64,000 nucleotides of DNA, taken from Dehalococcoidia bacterium (GTDB lineage Bacteria; Chloroflexota; Dehalococcoidia; UBA2979). The stretch is taken from the NCBI GenBank assembly GCA_964291495.2, contig OZ219871.1:736001-800000 (forward strand), written 5' to 3'. The first letter of the stretch is position 1, and each line of letters starts with the position of its first letter. Shown in pieces: positions 49,480 through 59,408 of the stretch. The translations under genes and the position numbers were made by a program. Under the pieces are notes generated by a model. The model ran no database searches and was not told where the DNA came from. It saw nothing but the letters and a program-made list of their open reading frames with translations.

Positions 49480-51264
49480 CTACGGATCCGGCTGACGGAC
49501 GACCAGGCGCTGGTTCGCCTCGACGTCGGTGATCACGGTTTCGCTGCCGTCGGGCCACTGCACACGCAGCTCGTCGACCGTGTCATGCCCCAGTCCGAAG
49601 ATCTGCTCCGTCGGATTCTGCGACACGAAATTGCTGGCGATACTGATCTCCCGCAGCTGTGTGACGCCCCCCGCCGAGAGCATGATGCGGCTGCCCGCGG
49701 CCTCCGTATTCGGCGCCCGGCCCTCGAGCCGGACACTGAGGAAGCTGCCGCCGCTGGCATCGTTTCGCCAGAGGTTCGCGCCGGTAAACGTCAGCTCCAG
49801 AATGTCGATATCGCCGTCGCCGTCGAAGTCGGCGCAGACGACGCCGCGTCCTTCACCGCTATCGTCCAACCCCAGCTCGGCGGCGTTCTCCTCGAACTGC
49901 CCGGAGCCGTCGGACACGAACACCCGGCTCTTGTCCGCCTCGAACTCGTTGGCGTAGCGATCGGCGAATGGATATCCATTGGTGTGATAGATATCGAGAT
50001 CTCCATCGTTCTCGATGTCGAGGAAACAGGACGCCCAGCCCCAGCCCCCATCGGCAACGCCGGCCTCGTCCGTTGCGTCCGTGAACACTCCCCCGTCGTT
50101 TCGGTACAGCCGGTTGCCGATGGCCCGGCGCAAACTCCCCTTCATGAGGATGCTCGACACAAACCAGTCGAGGTCCCCGTCGTGATCGTAGTCGCCCAGC
50201 GCGGATCCCATTCCGTTGTCATCGGTCAGCACCTCTACATCGGTCGCGTTGCGGAACGTGCCGTCCCGGTTGTTGACGAAGTAGTGGGTGTGGTTGTAGT
50301 CCCCGACGCTCAGGATGTCGGGGTACAGGTCGTCGTCGATGCGTGCGAACGAGGGGGTGAACGTGTGGTCCCAGAACCGCAGCGAGATCAGCGGATCGGG
50401 CAGGGTCAGGATGCTCGGTGAAATCCCTGCCTCGACGCTGACGCTGGTGAAGCGAATACCGCTCGCGTCCGAGTCGTTCCGCCACAGGTGCTCGGTATCC
50501 CCGGGCTCGCTGTAATCGCGCTCCGTACCCCAGTGGGAGATGAACAGATCGAGGTCGCCATCCAGATCGTAGTCGCCGAACGCCGCCCCGACACTCTGTT
50601 CGGAGCGCATCGCATCGAGGCCGGATCCCGCAGTGACGTCAAGAAAGACCCCGGCGCCCTCGTTCCTGAAGATCAGGCACGGGTCGCCCTCGAGGCCGCC
50701 GAGGAACAGGTCGAGATCGCCGTCACCGTCCATGTCGGCGAACATCGGTCCCGCATGGCGGTAGTTCTCGTTCGCGGACTTCGTGTTGGCCAGCCCCGCC
50801 GCCGCCGCAACCTCCTCGAAGGTCAGATTGCCGAGGTTGCGGTAGAGCAGGTTCGGGCCAATGTCTCCCCGGACGATGAATACGTCGATGTCTCCATCGC
50901 CGTCGTAGTCACCGGCCGCGACACCGCCGGGAGCGTATGTCCGATCCAGGTCGAAGCGCCCCAGGGGGGCCAGGAAGCCGGGGGCATAGGCGATGCCGGA
51001 GGCTGCCGTCACGTTGACGAAGTGCGTCGTCGGCGGCTCCTGACCACCGCAGGCGGTGATCAGGAGCGCCACGGCCAGCGCAATGCAGGATCGCTGCCGG
51101 GAGCTGTTCCAGGAGGCGCTCGCCTGGGCTCCCTGCCGCGCCACGCGTCGCACGGCTCTGCGAATCGCCAACAGTCCGTCCCCTGTCCCATGGCTGTTGC
51201 GCGGTCCCGGGTGTGCGGAGAGCGTCCATTGTAGGGACTGTGACGCGTACCCCGTTTGCACCAT
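49480..51264 (-). CDS. CRTAC1-family protein (FG-GAP repeats + ASPIC/UnbV domain), probable lipoprotein
   Basis: Repeated D.DGDGDLD motifs, C-terminal HFG-like 'QIFGLG...VQWPDG', lipobox LITAC. Real start probably downstream of 51264. Confidence 0.85.
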   Translation of the reverse strand: MVQTGYASQSLQWTLSAHPGPRNSHGTGDGLLAIRRAVRRVARQGAQASASWNSSRQRSCIALAVALLITACGGQEPPTTHFVNVTAASGIAYAPGFLAPLGRFDLDRTYAPGGVAAGDYDGDGDIDVFIVRGDIGPNLLYRNLGNLTFEEVAAAAGLANTKSANENYRHAGPMFADMDGDGDLDLFLGGLEGDPCLIFRNEGAGVFLDVTAGSGLDAMRSEQSVGAAFGDYDLDGDLDLFISHWGTERDYSEPGDTEHLWRNDSDASGIRFTSVSVEAGISPSILTLPDPLISLRFWDHTFTPSFARIDDDLYPDILSVGDYNHTHYFVNNRDGTFRNATDVEVLTDDNGMGSALGDYDHDGDLDWFVSSILMKGSLRRAIGNRLYRNDGGVFTDATDEAGVADGGWGWASCFLDIENDGDLDIYHTNGYPFADRYANEFEADKSRVFVSDGSGQFEENAAELGLDDSGEGRGVVCADFDGDGDIDILELTFTGANLWRNDASGGSFLSVRLEGRAPNTEAAGSRIMLSAGGVTQLREISIASNFVSQNPTEQIFGLGHDTVDELRVQWPDGSETVITDVEANQRLVVRQPDP

Positions 51265-51307
51265 GCGATTACGGGTCTACTCGAGGGCGCTCGCTCCGGC
51301 TGTGCCG

Positions 51308-51490
51308 GAGTCCCCCTCACCCTAACCCTCTCCCGCCGGGGGAGAGGGGACCGGAGTCCGGCTCCCTCTCCCCTCGCGGGAGAGGGCGGGGGGTGAGGGG
51401 GCCCGCGCGACAGCGCGGCCAGCGCGGCCAGTCAGGTCCGGAGTCCCCCTCACCCTAACCCTCTCCCGCCGGGGGAGAGGGGACCGGAGG
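51308..51490. repeat. Cluster of three REP-like family A elements (CCCTCACCCTAACCCTCTCCC...GGGAGAGGG)
   Basis: Copies at ~51308, ~51361 (inverted) and ~51441. Confidence 0.9.
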
Positions 51491-51516
51491 GAGGAGACCC
51501 GAGGCAAGAGGGGCCG

Positions 51517-52452
51517 CTAGCCGATGCACGCCGCGGGGCAGTTCACGGATCTGTTGCGGGTGCGCGGGTCGAGGGCGAAGCGCAGGCCGTCGCCGACGAG
51601 GTTGAAGCAGACCGCGGTGATGCCGATCACGAGGCCCGGCACGGTCGCGATGTGCGGCGCCACGCCGAGCAGCGTCCGGCCCTCGGCGGTCATCAAGCCC
51701 CACTCCGGCGTCGGCGGGCTGATGCCGAGGCCGAGGAAGCCCAGACCAGCGACGAAGATGATCACCAGCCCGATCAGCGTCGAGGAGTAGACCAGCACGG
51801 ACGGGAAGGCGCCGGGCGCGATGTGCACCAGCATCAGCCGCAGCGGCGTCGCCCCGGTCGCCCGCGCCGCGTCCACGAAGTCGCGGCCGCGTTGCTCGCG
51901 GACGGCGATGTAAGCGACGCGGGTGATCGGCGCCACCAGCACGGCGACGACGACGAGCGCGAGGCTGGGGTACGAGTTGCCCACGAGGATCGCGACCACG
52001 ATCGCGAGCACCACCGTCGGGAACGCGTAGAGCATGTCCACGAGGCGCATCAGGGTGGTCCCCACGAGGCCGCCGACATACCCGGCGACGAGGGCGAGCG
52101 CCATGCTGATCGCCATCGCGAGCGCGACCGGGATGACGGCGAGCGGGATCGAGGTCCGGCCGCCCCAGATCAGGCGACTGAGTATGTCGCGGCCCTGGCC
52201 GTCGAGACCCAGCAAGCGACCCTCCGTCCCGTACCCCTGAAGCCGCAGCGAGGATTCCGTTTCGTACGGATCGAAGGGGGCAACGATCGGCGCGGCGATC
52301 GCCGCGGCGATGATGATCAGCAGCACGATGCCCGCAATGACCGCGAAGCGATCCTTGCGGAACGCCCTCCAGGTCACGGCGATCCAATGCTCACTGCCGG
52401 CCTTCACGAGCTCAGGACCTGCCTCGCGCCCTTCCCGTCCGGCTACCGGCAT
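51517..52452 (-). CDS. ABC permease DppC-like (copy 1)
   Basis: LGLDGQGRDILSRL, FVDAARATG, PEWGLM. Confidence 0.9.
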   Translation of the reverse strand: MPVAGREGREAGPELVKAGSEHWIAVTWRAFRKDRFAVIAGIVLLIIIAAAIAAPIVAPFDPYETESSLRLQGYGTEGRLLGLDGQGRDILSRLIWGGRTSIPLAVIPVALAMAISMALALVAGYVGGLVGTTLMRLVDMLYAFPTVVLAIVVAILVGNSYPSLALVVVAVLVAPITRVAYIAVREQRGRDFVDAARATGATPLRLMLVHIAPGAFPSVLVYSSTLIGLVIIFVAGLGFLGLGISPPTPEWGLMTAEGRTLLGVAPHIATVPGLVIGITAVCFNLVGDGLRFALDPRTRNRSVNCPAACIG

Positions 52453-52468
52453 CGCATGGGCTCCGATC

Positions 52469-53428
52469 TCATTCCAGCCGCACGCGAGGATCAAGCAGAC
52501 TCTGGGCAACGTCCGCGATGAGGGTCATCAAGACGAAGGTGGCCGCGACGAGCATCGTAATGGCCAGGATGGCTGCCGTTTCGCGCGACGCGACCACCCC
52601 GAGGAGCAGGCCGCCGAGGCCCGGCCAGGCGAAGACCACCTCGACGAAGACCGTACCGCTGATCAGGTAGCCGAACTGCAGCGTCACGATGTTGATGGCC
52701 GTCGGTGCAATGTTGCGCGCCGCGTGCCGCCGGATCACGGCCCGCTCGTGCAAGCCCTTCGCCCTCGCCGTGCGGATGTAGTCCTGCTGCATCACCTCGA
52801 TCATCGCGGAGCGCACGAGCCGCGAGATCACCGCGGTCGGCACCGCGGCGAGGGTGAGCGCCGGCAGGATCAGGTGCAGCCCGAGATCGCGGAGCCCGCC
52901 TGGATTCCGGGTATCCCACATCCCGGCGGCGGGCAGCCAGTCCAGGTGCAGGGCGAAGAGGGCGATCAACATCAGGCCGAGCCAGTACTGGGGCACGCTC
53001 GCCGCCAGAACCGACAGCGTCGTGATCGATCGGTCGGCCAGGCTGTTGGGCCTGGTCCCGGCGAACACGCCGGCTCCCACTCCAAGCGCCGTGCTCGGCA
53101 CGAAGGCGGCCACGGCCAGCACCAGGGTGTTCTTCAGCGCGTCCCACACGAGCTCCGCGACAGGGGCCCTGTAAATGACGCCGTATCCGAAGTCGCCCCG
53201 GACGAAATCGCCGAGCCAGACGACATATCGCTCATACCAGGGCCGGTTCAGCCCCATCTCCTCCCTGAGTTGCTCGAGCGCCTCCGGGTTTCTCGAGGCC
53301 CCCCACACGCCGAGGATTTCGCTCGCCAGGTCTCCGGGGAGGATGGCGACCAGCATGTAGGTCAGGGCGCTGATACCCCAGAGGACCAGGAGCGTGACTG
53401 CCAACCGCCGGGCGAGGAACCGTCCCAA
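52469..53428 (-). CDS. ABC permease DppB-like (copy 1)
   Basis: LPGD, GDFG, QDYIRTARAKGL, DPRVR; GGAGGTG RBS and TTG start. Confidence 0.9.
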   Translation of the reverse strand: MGRFLARRLAVTLLVLWGISALTYMLVAILPGDLASEILGVWGASRNPEALEQLREEMGLNRPWYERYVVWLGDFVRGDFGYGVIYRAPVAELVWDALKNTLVLAVAAFVPSTALGVGAGVFAGTRPNSLADRSITTLSVLAASVPQYWLGLMLIALFALHLDWLPAAGMWDTRNPGGLRDLGLHLILPALTLAAVPTAVISRLVRSAMIEVMQQDYIRTARAKGLHERAVIRRHAARNIAPTAINIVTLQFGYLISGTVFVEVVFAWPGLGGLLLGVVASRETAAILAITMLVAATFVLMTLIADVAQSLLDPRVRLE

Positions 53429-53557
53429 CTACACACCTCCGGGCGCGCGCGACGCTCTGCCTGACTCCTCCGGCTGCGCCGGAGTCCCCCTCCCCCTCAC
53501 CCTCTCCCGCCGGGGGAGAGGGGACCGGAGGGAGGAGACCCGAGGCGAGAGGGGCCG

Positions 53558-54466
53558 CTAGCCGATGTTGCGGGTGCGCGGGTCGAGGGCGAAGCGCAGG
53601 CCGTCGCCGACGAGGTTGAAGCAGACCGCGGTGATGCCGATCACGAGGCCCGGCACGGTCGCGATGTGCGGCGCCACGCCGAGCAGCGTCCGGCCCTCGG
53701 CGGTCATCAAGCCCCACTCCGGCGTCGGCGGGCTGATGCCGAGGCCGAGGAAGCCCAGACCAGCGACGAAGATGATCACCAGCCCGATCAGCGTCGAGGA
53801 GTAGACCAGCACGGACGGGAAGGCGCCGGGCGCGATGTGCACCAGCATCAGCCGCAGCGGCGTCGCCCCGGTCGCCCGCGCGGCGTCCACGAAGTCGCGG
53901 CCGCGTTGCTCGCGGACGGCGATGTAGGCGACGCGGGTGATCGGCGCCACCAGCACGGCGACGACGACGAGCGCGAGGCTGGGGTACGAGTTGCCCACGA
54001 GGATCGCGACCACGATCGCGAGCACCACCGTCGGGAACGCGTAGAGCATGTCCACGAGGCGCATCAGGGTGGTCCCGACGAGGCCGCCGACATACCCGGC
54101 GACGAGGGCGAGCGCCATGCTGATCGCCATCGCGAGCGCGACCGGGATGACGGCGAGCGGGATCGAGGTCCGGCCGCCCCAGATCAGGCGACTGAGTATG
54201 TCGCGGCCCTGGCCGTCGAGACCCAGCAAGCGACCCTCCGTCCCGTACCCCTGAAGCCGCAGCGAGCTTTCCGTTTCGTACGGATCGAAGGGGGCAACGA
54301 TCGGCGCGGCGATCGCCGCGGCGATGATGATCAGCAGCACGATGCCCGCAATGACCGCGAAGCGATCCTTGCGGAACGCCCTCCAGGTCACGGCGATCCA
54401 ATGCTCACTGCCGGCCTTCACGAGCTCAGGACCTGCCTCGCGCCCTTCCCGTCCGGCTACCGGCAT
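53558..54466 (-). CDS. ABC permease DppC-like (copy 2)
   Basis: Identical protein to copy 1 except the C-terminus. Confidence 0.9.
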   Translation of the reverse strand: MPVAGREGREAGPELVKAGSEHWIAVTWRAFRKDRFAVIAGIVLLIIIAAAIAAPIVAPFDPYETESSLRLQGYGTEGRLLGLDGQGRDILSRLIWGGRTSIPLAVIPVALAMAISMALALVAGYVGGLVGTTLMRLVDMLYAFPTVVLAIVVAILVGNSYPSLALVVVAVLVAPITRVAYIAVREQRGRDFVDAARATGATPLRLMLVHIAPGAFPSVLVYSSTLIGLVIIFVAGLGFLGLGISPPTPEWGLMTAEGRTLLGVAPHIATVPGLVIGITAVCFNLVGDGLRFALDPRTRNIG

Positions 54467-54482
54467 CGCATGGGCTCCGATC

Positions 54483-55442
54483 TCATTCCAGCCGCACGCG
54501 AGGATCAAGCAGACTCTGGGCAACGTCCGCGATGAGGGTCATCAAGACGAAGGTGGCCGCGACGAGCATCGTAATGGCCAGGATGGCTGCCGTTTCGCGC
54601 GACGCGACCACCCCGAGGAGCAGGCCGCCGAGGCCCGGCCAGGCGAAGACCACCTCGACGAAGACCGTACCGCTGATCAGGTAGCCGAACTGCAGCGTCA
54701 CGATGTTGATGGCCGTCGGTGCAATGTTGCGCGCCGCGTGCCGCCGGATCACGGCCCGCTCGTGCAAGCCCTTCGCCCTCGCCGTGCGGATGTAGTCCTG
54801 CTGCATCACCTCGATCATCGCGGAGCGCACGAGCCGCGAGATCACCGCGGTCGGCACCGCGGCGAGGGTGAGCGCCGGCAGGATCAGGTGCAGCCCGAGA
54901 TCGCGGAGCCCGCCTGGATTCCGGGTATCCCACATCCCGGCGGCGGGCAGCCAGTCCAGGTGCAGGGCGAAGAGGGCGATCAACATCAGGCCGAGCCAGT
55001 ACTGGGGCACGCTCGCCGCCAGAACCGACAGCGTCGTGATCGATCGGTCGGCCAGGCTGTTGGGCCTGGTCCCGGCGAACACGCCGGCTCCCACTCCAAG
55101 CGCCGTGCTCGGCACGAAGGCGGCCACGGCCAGCACCAGGGTGTTCTTCAGCGCGTCCCACACGAGCTCCGCGACAGGGGCCCTGTAAATGACGCCGTAT
55201 CCGAAGTCGCCCCGGACGAAATCGCCGAGCCAGACGACATATCGCTCATACCAGGGCCGGTTCAGCCCCATCTCCTCCCTGAGTTGCTCGAGCACCTCCG
55301 GGCTTCTCGAGTTCGCCCACACGCCGAGGATTTCGCTCGCCAGGTCTCCGGGGAGGATGGCGACCAGCATGTAGGTCAGGGCGCTGATACCCCAGAGGAC
55401 CAGGAGCGTGACTGCCAACCGCCGGGCGAGGAACCGTCCCAA
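54483..55442 (-). CDS. ABC permease DppB-like (copy 2)
   Basis: Differs from copy 1 at WANSRSPEVL vs WGASRNPEAL. Confidence 0.9.
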   Translation of the reverse strand: MGRFLARRLAVTLLVLWGISALTYMLVAILPGDLASEILGVWANSRSPEVLEQLREEMGLNRPWYERYVVWLGDFVRGDFGYGVIYRAPVAELVWDALKNTLVLAVAAFVPSTALGVGAGVFAGTRPNSLADRSITTLSVLAASVPQYWLGLMLIALFALHLDWLPAAGMWDTRNPGGLRDLGLHLILPALTLAAVPTAVISRLVRSAMIEVMQQDYIRTARAKGLHERAVIRRHAARNIAPTAINIVTLQFGYLISGTVFVEVVFAWPGLGGLLLGVVASRETAAILAITMLVAATFVLMTLIADVAQSLLDPRVRLE

Positions 55443-55625
55443 CTACACACCTCCGGGCGCGCGCGACGCTCTGCCTGACTCCTCCGGCTGCGCCGGAGTC
55501 CCCCTCACCCTCACCCGCCAGGGGAGAGGGGACCGGAGACCCCCTCACCCCGAGGGTGAGGGGGTCGGTGCCAGAAGCGCGGCGCGCCGGCCGCGCCGCC
55601 GGGACTCGCCCCTGCTTCAGCCGAT

Positions 55626-57380
55626 CTACGCGTCCTCCAGCCAGACGATGCTCATGTCGTTCCACTGGGCAGCCACGTGGACGAAGCCCTGGACCTCGTC
55701 CCGCATGCCGATGGGCGCCGAGTCGTGGACGACCGGCAGCGCGTACGCCTGATCCATAACGAGGCGGTTCGCGTCGCGATACAGTTCGTTGGCAGCGTCC
55801 GGGTCGGTCTCGAACTGGGCCCGATCGAGGATGTCCAGGGCTTCGTCCCCGATGGCCTCAGGCATGGAATTCCACACGCCGACGTTGAGGCCGAAGACGT
55901 TGCCCCACCAGTTAACGGCCATCCCCCACGACCCGCTGGCGGACGCGCCATCTGTATACAGGTCGGGCCACATGGAGCCGAAGGCATTCCACTCCACAAT
56001 TTCCGCGCCCATGTTGAAGCCGATCTCGGCGTACTTGCTCTGCATCCACTGCGCCATCTGAACGGGCAGAAGGTTGCCCGAGCCGGCAGAGGGGAACCAC
56101 CACGTGTCCTCGATGCTCTCCACCCCGGCCGCGGACAGGAGCTTCTTTGCCTCGGCCGGGTCGTAGGCGTACGAGACGTAGTCGGGGTCGAACGCGGGCT
56201 GGCCGGGCACGTTGGGCCCATACGCCGGAATCACGGTGTCCCGCAACAGGTCCGTTGCGATTCCCGGCCTGTCCATCCCATGTTGCAGCGCCTGCCGCAC
56301 CCGCAGATCCTGGAAACTCTCGTTCCGCGGGTTCATGGTGATCCACCAGATGTGCGGTACCAGTCCCTGCACGACCTTGAAGCCCTGATCCAGCAGCTGC
56401 GGGATCGAGTCCGGTGGCACCACCCAGATGATGTCGGCCTCGCCGGTCTGCAGCGCCGTCACACGCGTCGCCGGCTCGCCCCGGGGGATCATGATGAGCC
56501 GGTCGAGGAAGGCCTTATCGCCCCAGTAATCCTCGTTGCGGTCAAACACGAGGCGCTCATCCTCGACGCGCTCGTTGAACTTGAACGGGCCGGAGGCGAC
56601 GGGGGCGTTCGCGAATTCCTCGTTCCCAACCTTCTCGACTTGCGTCGGGCTGCAGATGTAGTTGCCGAAGATGCTCTGGGTCCAGAGGTTCAGGAAGTCA
56701 GGGAAGAAGCGGTTGTTGACCATCTTGATCGTGTAGTCGTCGACCACCTCAACGCGGTCGGTATGCTGGTGCAGCTGCGGATGCCCCCAGCCGGAGACCT
56801 GGGTGAAGGAGATGTCCGTATCTTCCCTCCAGAACCGGTCATAGTTGCGATTGACCGCTTCCGCGTTGACGTCAGTCCCGTCGTGAAACTTGGCGCCCCT
56901 GCGGAGCTTGAAGGTGTACTCCAAGCCGTCGTCGCTGACCTCCATGCTTTCGGCAAGCTTCATGACTATGGGCTGCAGCGGATCGGTATAGTCCGGCTGC
57001 CTGGTGTGGGGTGGGACCGTGAGGTCGGCCTCGATCAGCTTGTCCGACATCTGATCTTTCGTGCGATGCGTCACCCAGTTGCCGACCGAATGCGGATCAC
57101 TGTTGCCGATCCAGCTTTCCATCGCCCAGACGAGCGTGCCGCCGGACTTCGGACCGGCCGGCGCCTCGGTGGGCGTGGGGGTCGGCTCGGCGGTCGCCGC
57201 GGCGGTCGCCGCGGCGGGCGTCGCGGTTGCGGCAGCGGGGGCCTGCGTGGCGGCGGGCGCCGGCGCGTCGTCGTCGTCGTCGCCTGTGCATCCGATAAGT
57301 GCGGCGCCGGCGACGCCGGCGACGCCGATCGCTCCTGCTCTCAGAAAGCCCCGGCGGCTCAGGCCTGACCAGTCGCTCAT
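55626..57380 (-). CDS. Family 5 ABC substrate-binding protein, Tat lipoprotein
   Basis: SRRGFL...AALIGC, LAESME, KFHDGT, SGPFKF, DLRVRQAL; GGAGG RBS before ATG 57380. Confidence 0.9.
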   Translation of the reverse strand: MSDWSGLSRRGFLRAGAIGVAGVAGAALIGCTGDDDDDAPAPAATQAPAAATATPAAATAAATAEPTPTPTEAPAGPKSGGTLVWAMESWIGNSDPHSVGNWVTHRTKDQMSDKLIEADLTVPPHTRQPDYTDPLQPIVMKLAESMEVSDDGLEYTFKLRRGAKFHDGTDVNAEAVNRNYDRFWREDTDISFTQVSGWGHPQLHQHTDRVEVVDDYTIKMVNNRFFPDFLNLWTQSIFGNYICSPTQVEKVGNEEFANAPVASGPFKFNERVEDERLVFDRNEDYWGDKAFLDRLIMIPRGEPATRVTALQTGEADIIWVVPPDSIPQLLDQGFKVVQGLVPHIWWITMNPRNESFQDLRVRQALQHGMDRPGIATDLLRDTVIPAYGPNVPGQPAFDPDYVSYAYDPAEAKKLLSAAGVESIEDTWWFPSAGSGNLLPVQMAQWMQSKYAEIGFNMGAEIVEWNAFGSMWPDLYTDGASASGSWGMAVNWWGNVFGLNVGVWNSMPEAIGDEALDILDRAQFETDPDAANELYRDANRLVMDQAYALPVVHDSAPIGMRDEVQGFVHVAAQWNDMSIVWLEDA

Positions 57381-57457
57381 GTGATGCCTCCGTCTCGCGC
57401 GCGGCGAACCTCGCCAACTCTGAACGCAATAGTTAACACACCCCGCAGGCACCCGGT

Positions 57458-57472
57458 GTTCACATTACGCAA
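57458..57472. promoter_or_regulatory. Candidate IclR operator 2
   Basis: GTTCACATTACGCAA upstream of the SBP. Confidence 0.6.
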
Positions 57473-57526
57473 CCGCGCCACCGGTTCCGCCCTCGGTGCT
57501 TCGGCGCGCCCGCAGCCCCCCTTCTT

Positions 57527-57747
57527 CGTCATTCCGGAGCCCCTTCTCCGTCATTCGGGCGAACGCTGGAATCCAGGCGCGCCGGACCGCCCGCGCGACC
57601 CCGAGCGCCCCGATGGCGCGACGACACTCGGGGGGGCGCCCTCACCCTGACCCTCTCCCTCGGGGAGGGGGATTGGATGGAGCACGTACGAACTGCAGAG
57701 GGCTAGTCCGGCTCCGTCTCCCTGGGGACCGGAGGGAGGGGGGAGGG
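57527..57747. repeat. Composite repeat (family B + linker + family A)
   Basis: ~57537-57672 is colinear with ~62251-62383. Confidence 0.85.
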
Positions 57748-59142
57748 CTAGCTGGTGCTCAGTTCGACGCGTCCGTTCGGGCCCTCGAGGGTGGCCCAGA
57801 GGCGGGGCTCGGGGCCGGGCGTGACTTCCAGATCGGCGGCGAGGCCGAGGACGTCAAGCTGGGAGCGAATCAACTCCGGCTCCGGATGCTCGCCGCGGAA
57901 CGCCACCAGCTTCACGCCGCCGGGCGAGGTTGCCGCCGGGTGCTCCTCCGTCTCACTCCAGTCGACCAGCCTCGGGAAGAGATCGCCAAGGGGCCCATCG
58001 ATGGCGGCGACCTTCCAGCGCAGCGAGCCGCGGTCGGGGCGGTCCACTCCCGCCCGCCGTACCGGGCCGAAGTCCGCGCCGGCGGCGCGTGCCGCCTCGA
58101 CACACTGGTCGAAGTTCCGCACCCGCGCGGACCACCCACGGAGCGAGGGGTGGTCCAGGCCGCTGGTGTTCACGTCCAGCTCCGTGTCGGGGCCGATCAC
58201 GAGGAGGTAGGACCCGCCGTCGATAGAGAGCACGGCGGTGCCCCTGCCCCCCTCGCCGAGGGCGGGCCGCACGCCGAGCCGTTCCTCAAGCTCGTCGATC
58301 ACCGGCTCCAGGTCCGGGGTCCAGTACGCGATCGAGTCAATCGCCGGAATGCTCCAGCGGTGCAAACCGGGCCGTGCGCGCCGCGCCGCGATGTCGCTCG
58401 CGCCCGCGGAGAGGGCCTCGGCGACGCTCGCGATGCGGGGCGTGGAGGCGCTGCCGATCGGCATCGAGCAGCTGAGCGCCCCGATCACGTGCCCTTCGCC
58501 GTCATGCACGGCGACGGCGACGGAGGCGACCTCCGGGTCGCCTTCGGCGAGCTCGATCGCATGGCCCCGGACGATCGTCTCGGCGAGTTCCTTGACGAAC
58601 TCTTCCAGCGACCTCCCCCCCGGGGTGGTTCGGCGCTGCCAGCCCAGCGGGAGCACGGCGTCGCGCTCGGCCGGCGACATCGCGGCGAGGATCGCGCGGC
58701 CGGCCGCGCTCGAGGTGTAGCGAACCACGGTACCGGGCTCGAGGGTGATTCTGAGCGGACCCTCGCTCGGCGCCTCGCTCCAGACCACCATCACGCTGCC
58801 GATCACGGGGATGCCTAGCGAGACGGTCTCGCCCAGCTCCTCGACGAGCATCTCGATGACGGGGCGGGCGGCGACCTCGAGGGCGCTCGCCGCGACGGCG
58901 AGGCGGGCGTAGCGGGTGAGGCGCAGGCCGAGGGCGTAGCGCCCGCCGTCGCGCTCCTGGTCGAGGAAGCCGCGGTCGCGCAGCGTCGCGGCGAGGCGGC
59001 TTGCGGTGGAGTGGGAGACCTCGAGCTCGTCGGCGATCTCGCGGATGCCGAGGAGCCGGCGCTCGCGGGCGAGCGCCTCGATGATCGCGAGTCCGCGGTC
59101 GAGCGACTGCACGCGAGCGGTGCGGTGCACGGGTCGTCCCAT
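57748..59142 (-). CDS. IclR-family regulator fused to a C-terminal glyoxalase-like (VOC) domain
   Basis: VQSLDRGLAIIE HTH, YALGLRL, ETVSLG, SSAAGRAILA, SVAVAV; then IDSIAYWTPDL...LEERLGVRP...FPRLVDW...HPA...LEGPNGRVEL. Confidence 0.85.
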   Translation of the reverse strand: MGRPVHRTARVQSLDRGLAIIEALARERRLLGIREIADELEVSHSTASRLAATLRDRGFLDQERDGGRYALGLRLTRYARLAVAASALEVAARPVIEMLVEELGETVSLGIPVIGSVMVVWSEAPSEGPLRITLEPGTVVRYTSSAAGRAILAAMSPAERDAVLPLGWQRRTTPGGRSLEEFVKELAETIVRGHAIELAEGDPEVASVAVAVHDGEGHVIGALSCSMPIGSASTPRIASVAEALSAGASDIAARRARPGLHRWSIPAIDSIAYWTPDLEPVIDELEERLGVRPALGEGGRGTAVLSIDGGSYLLVIGPDTELDVNTSGLDHPSLRGWSARVRNFDQCVEAARAAGADFGPVRRAGVDRPDRGSLRWKVAAIDGPLGDLFPRLVDWSETEEHPAATSPGGVKLVAFRGEHPEPELIRSQLDVLGLAADLEVTPGPEPRLWATLEGPNGRVELSTS

Positions 59143-59244
59143 CCTGCGTCGAAGCGGGCGAGATCCGGTCGGCACGGCGCCGCGGACACCCGGCCCGCCG
59201 GGACCTGTGTAGTGCAAGACCATTTTGCAAGCGTGGCGGGCGCT

Positions 59245-59287
59245 GCGATCTCACAATGCGCAACGCAAAGCCGCATTGTGAGATCGC
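59245..59287. promoter_or_regulatory. 16-bp perfect inverted repeat carrying paired candidate IclR operators
   Basis: GCGATCTCACAATGCG-11 bp-CGCATTGTGAGATCGC between the divergent IclR and oxidoreductase genes. Confidence 0.65.
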
Positions 59288-59408
59288 CAGTTCTGGCAAG
59301 GGCGGCTCCGGTTCCCTCGCCCCGAGGCGGAGGGTTAGGGTGAGGGAGCGCGGGCCGACCCCGCTCGACGCGGCGTTTCGCAAGCCCGCGGGAAGTCGAA
59401 GATAGGCC

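Larger units (their letters stand above)
51441..55540. repeat. Tandem duplication of a ~2.0-kb dppB/dppC-like unit bounded by family A repeats
   Basis: Units 51441-53481 and 53482-55495; period 2014 bp plus a 27-bp indel at 51527-51553. Confidence 0.95.
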
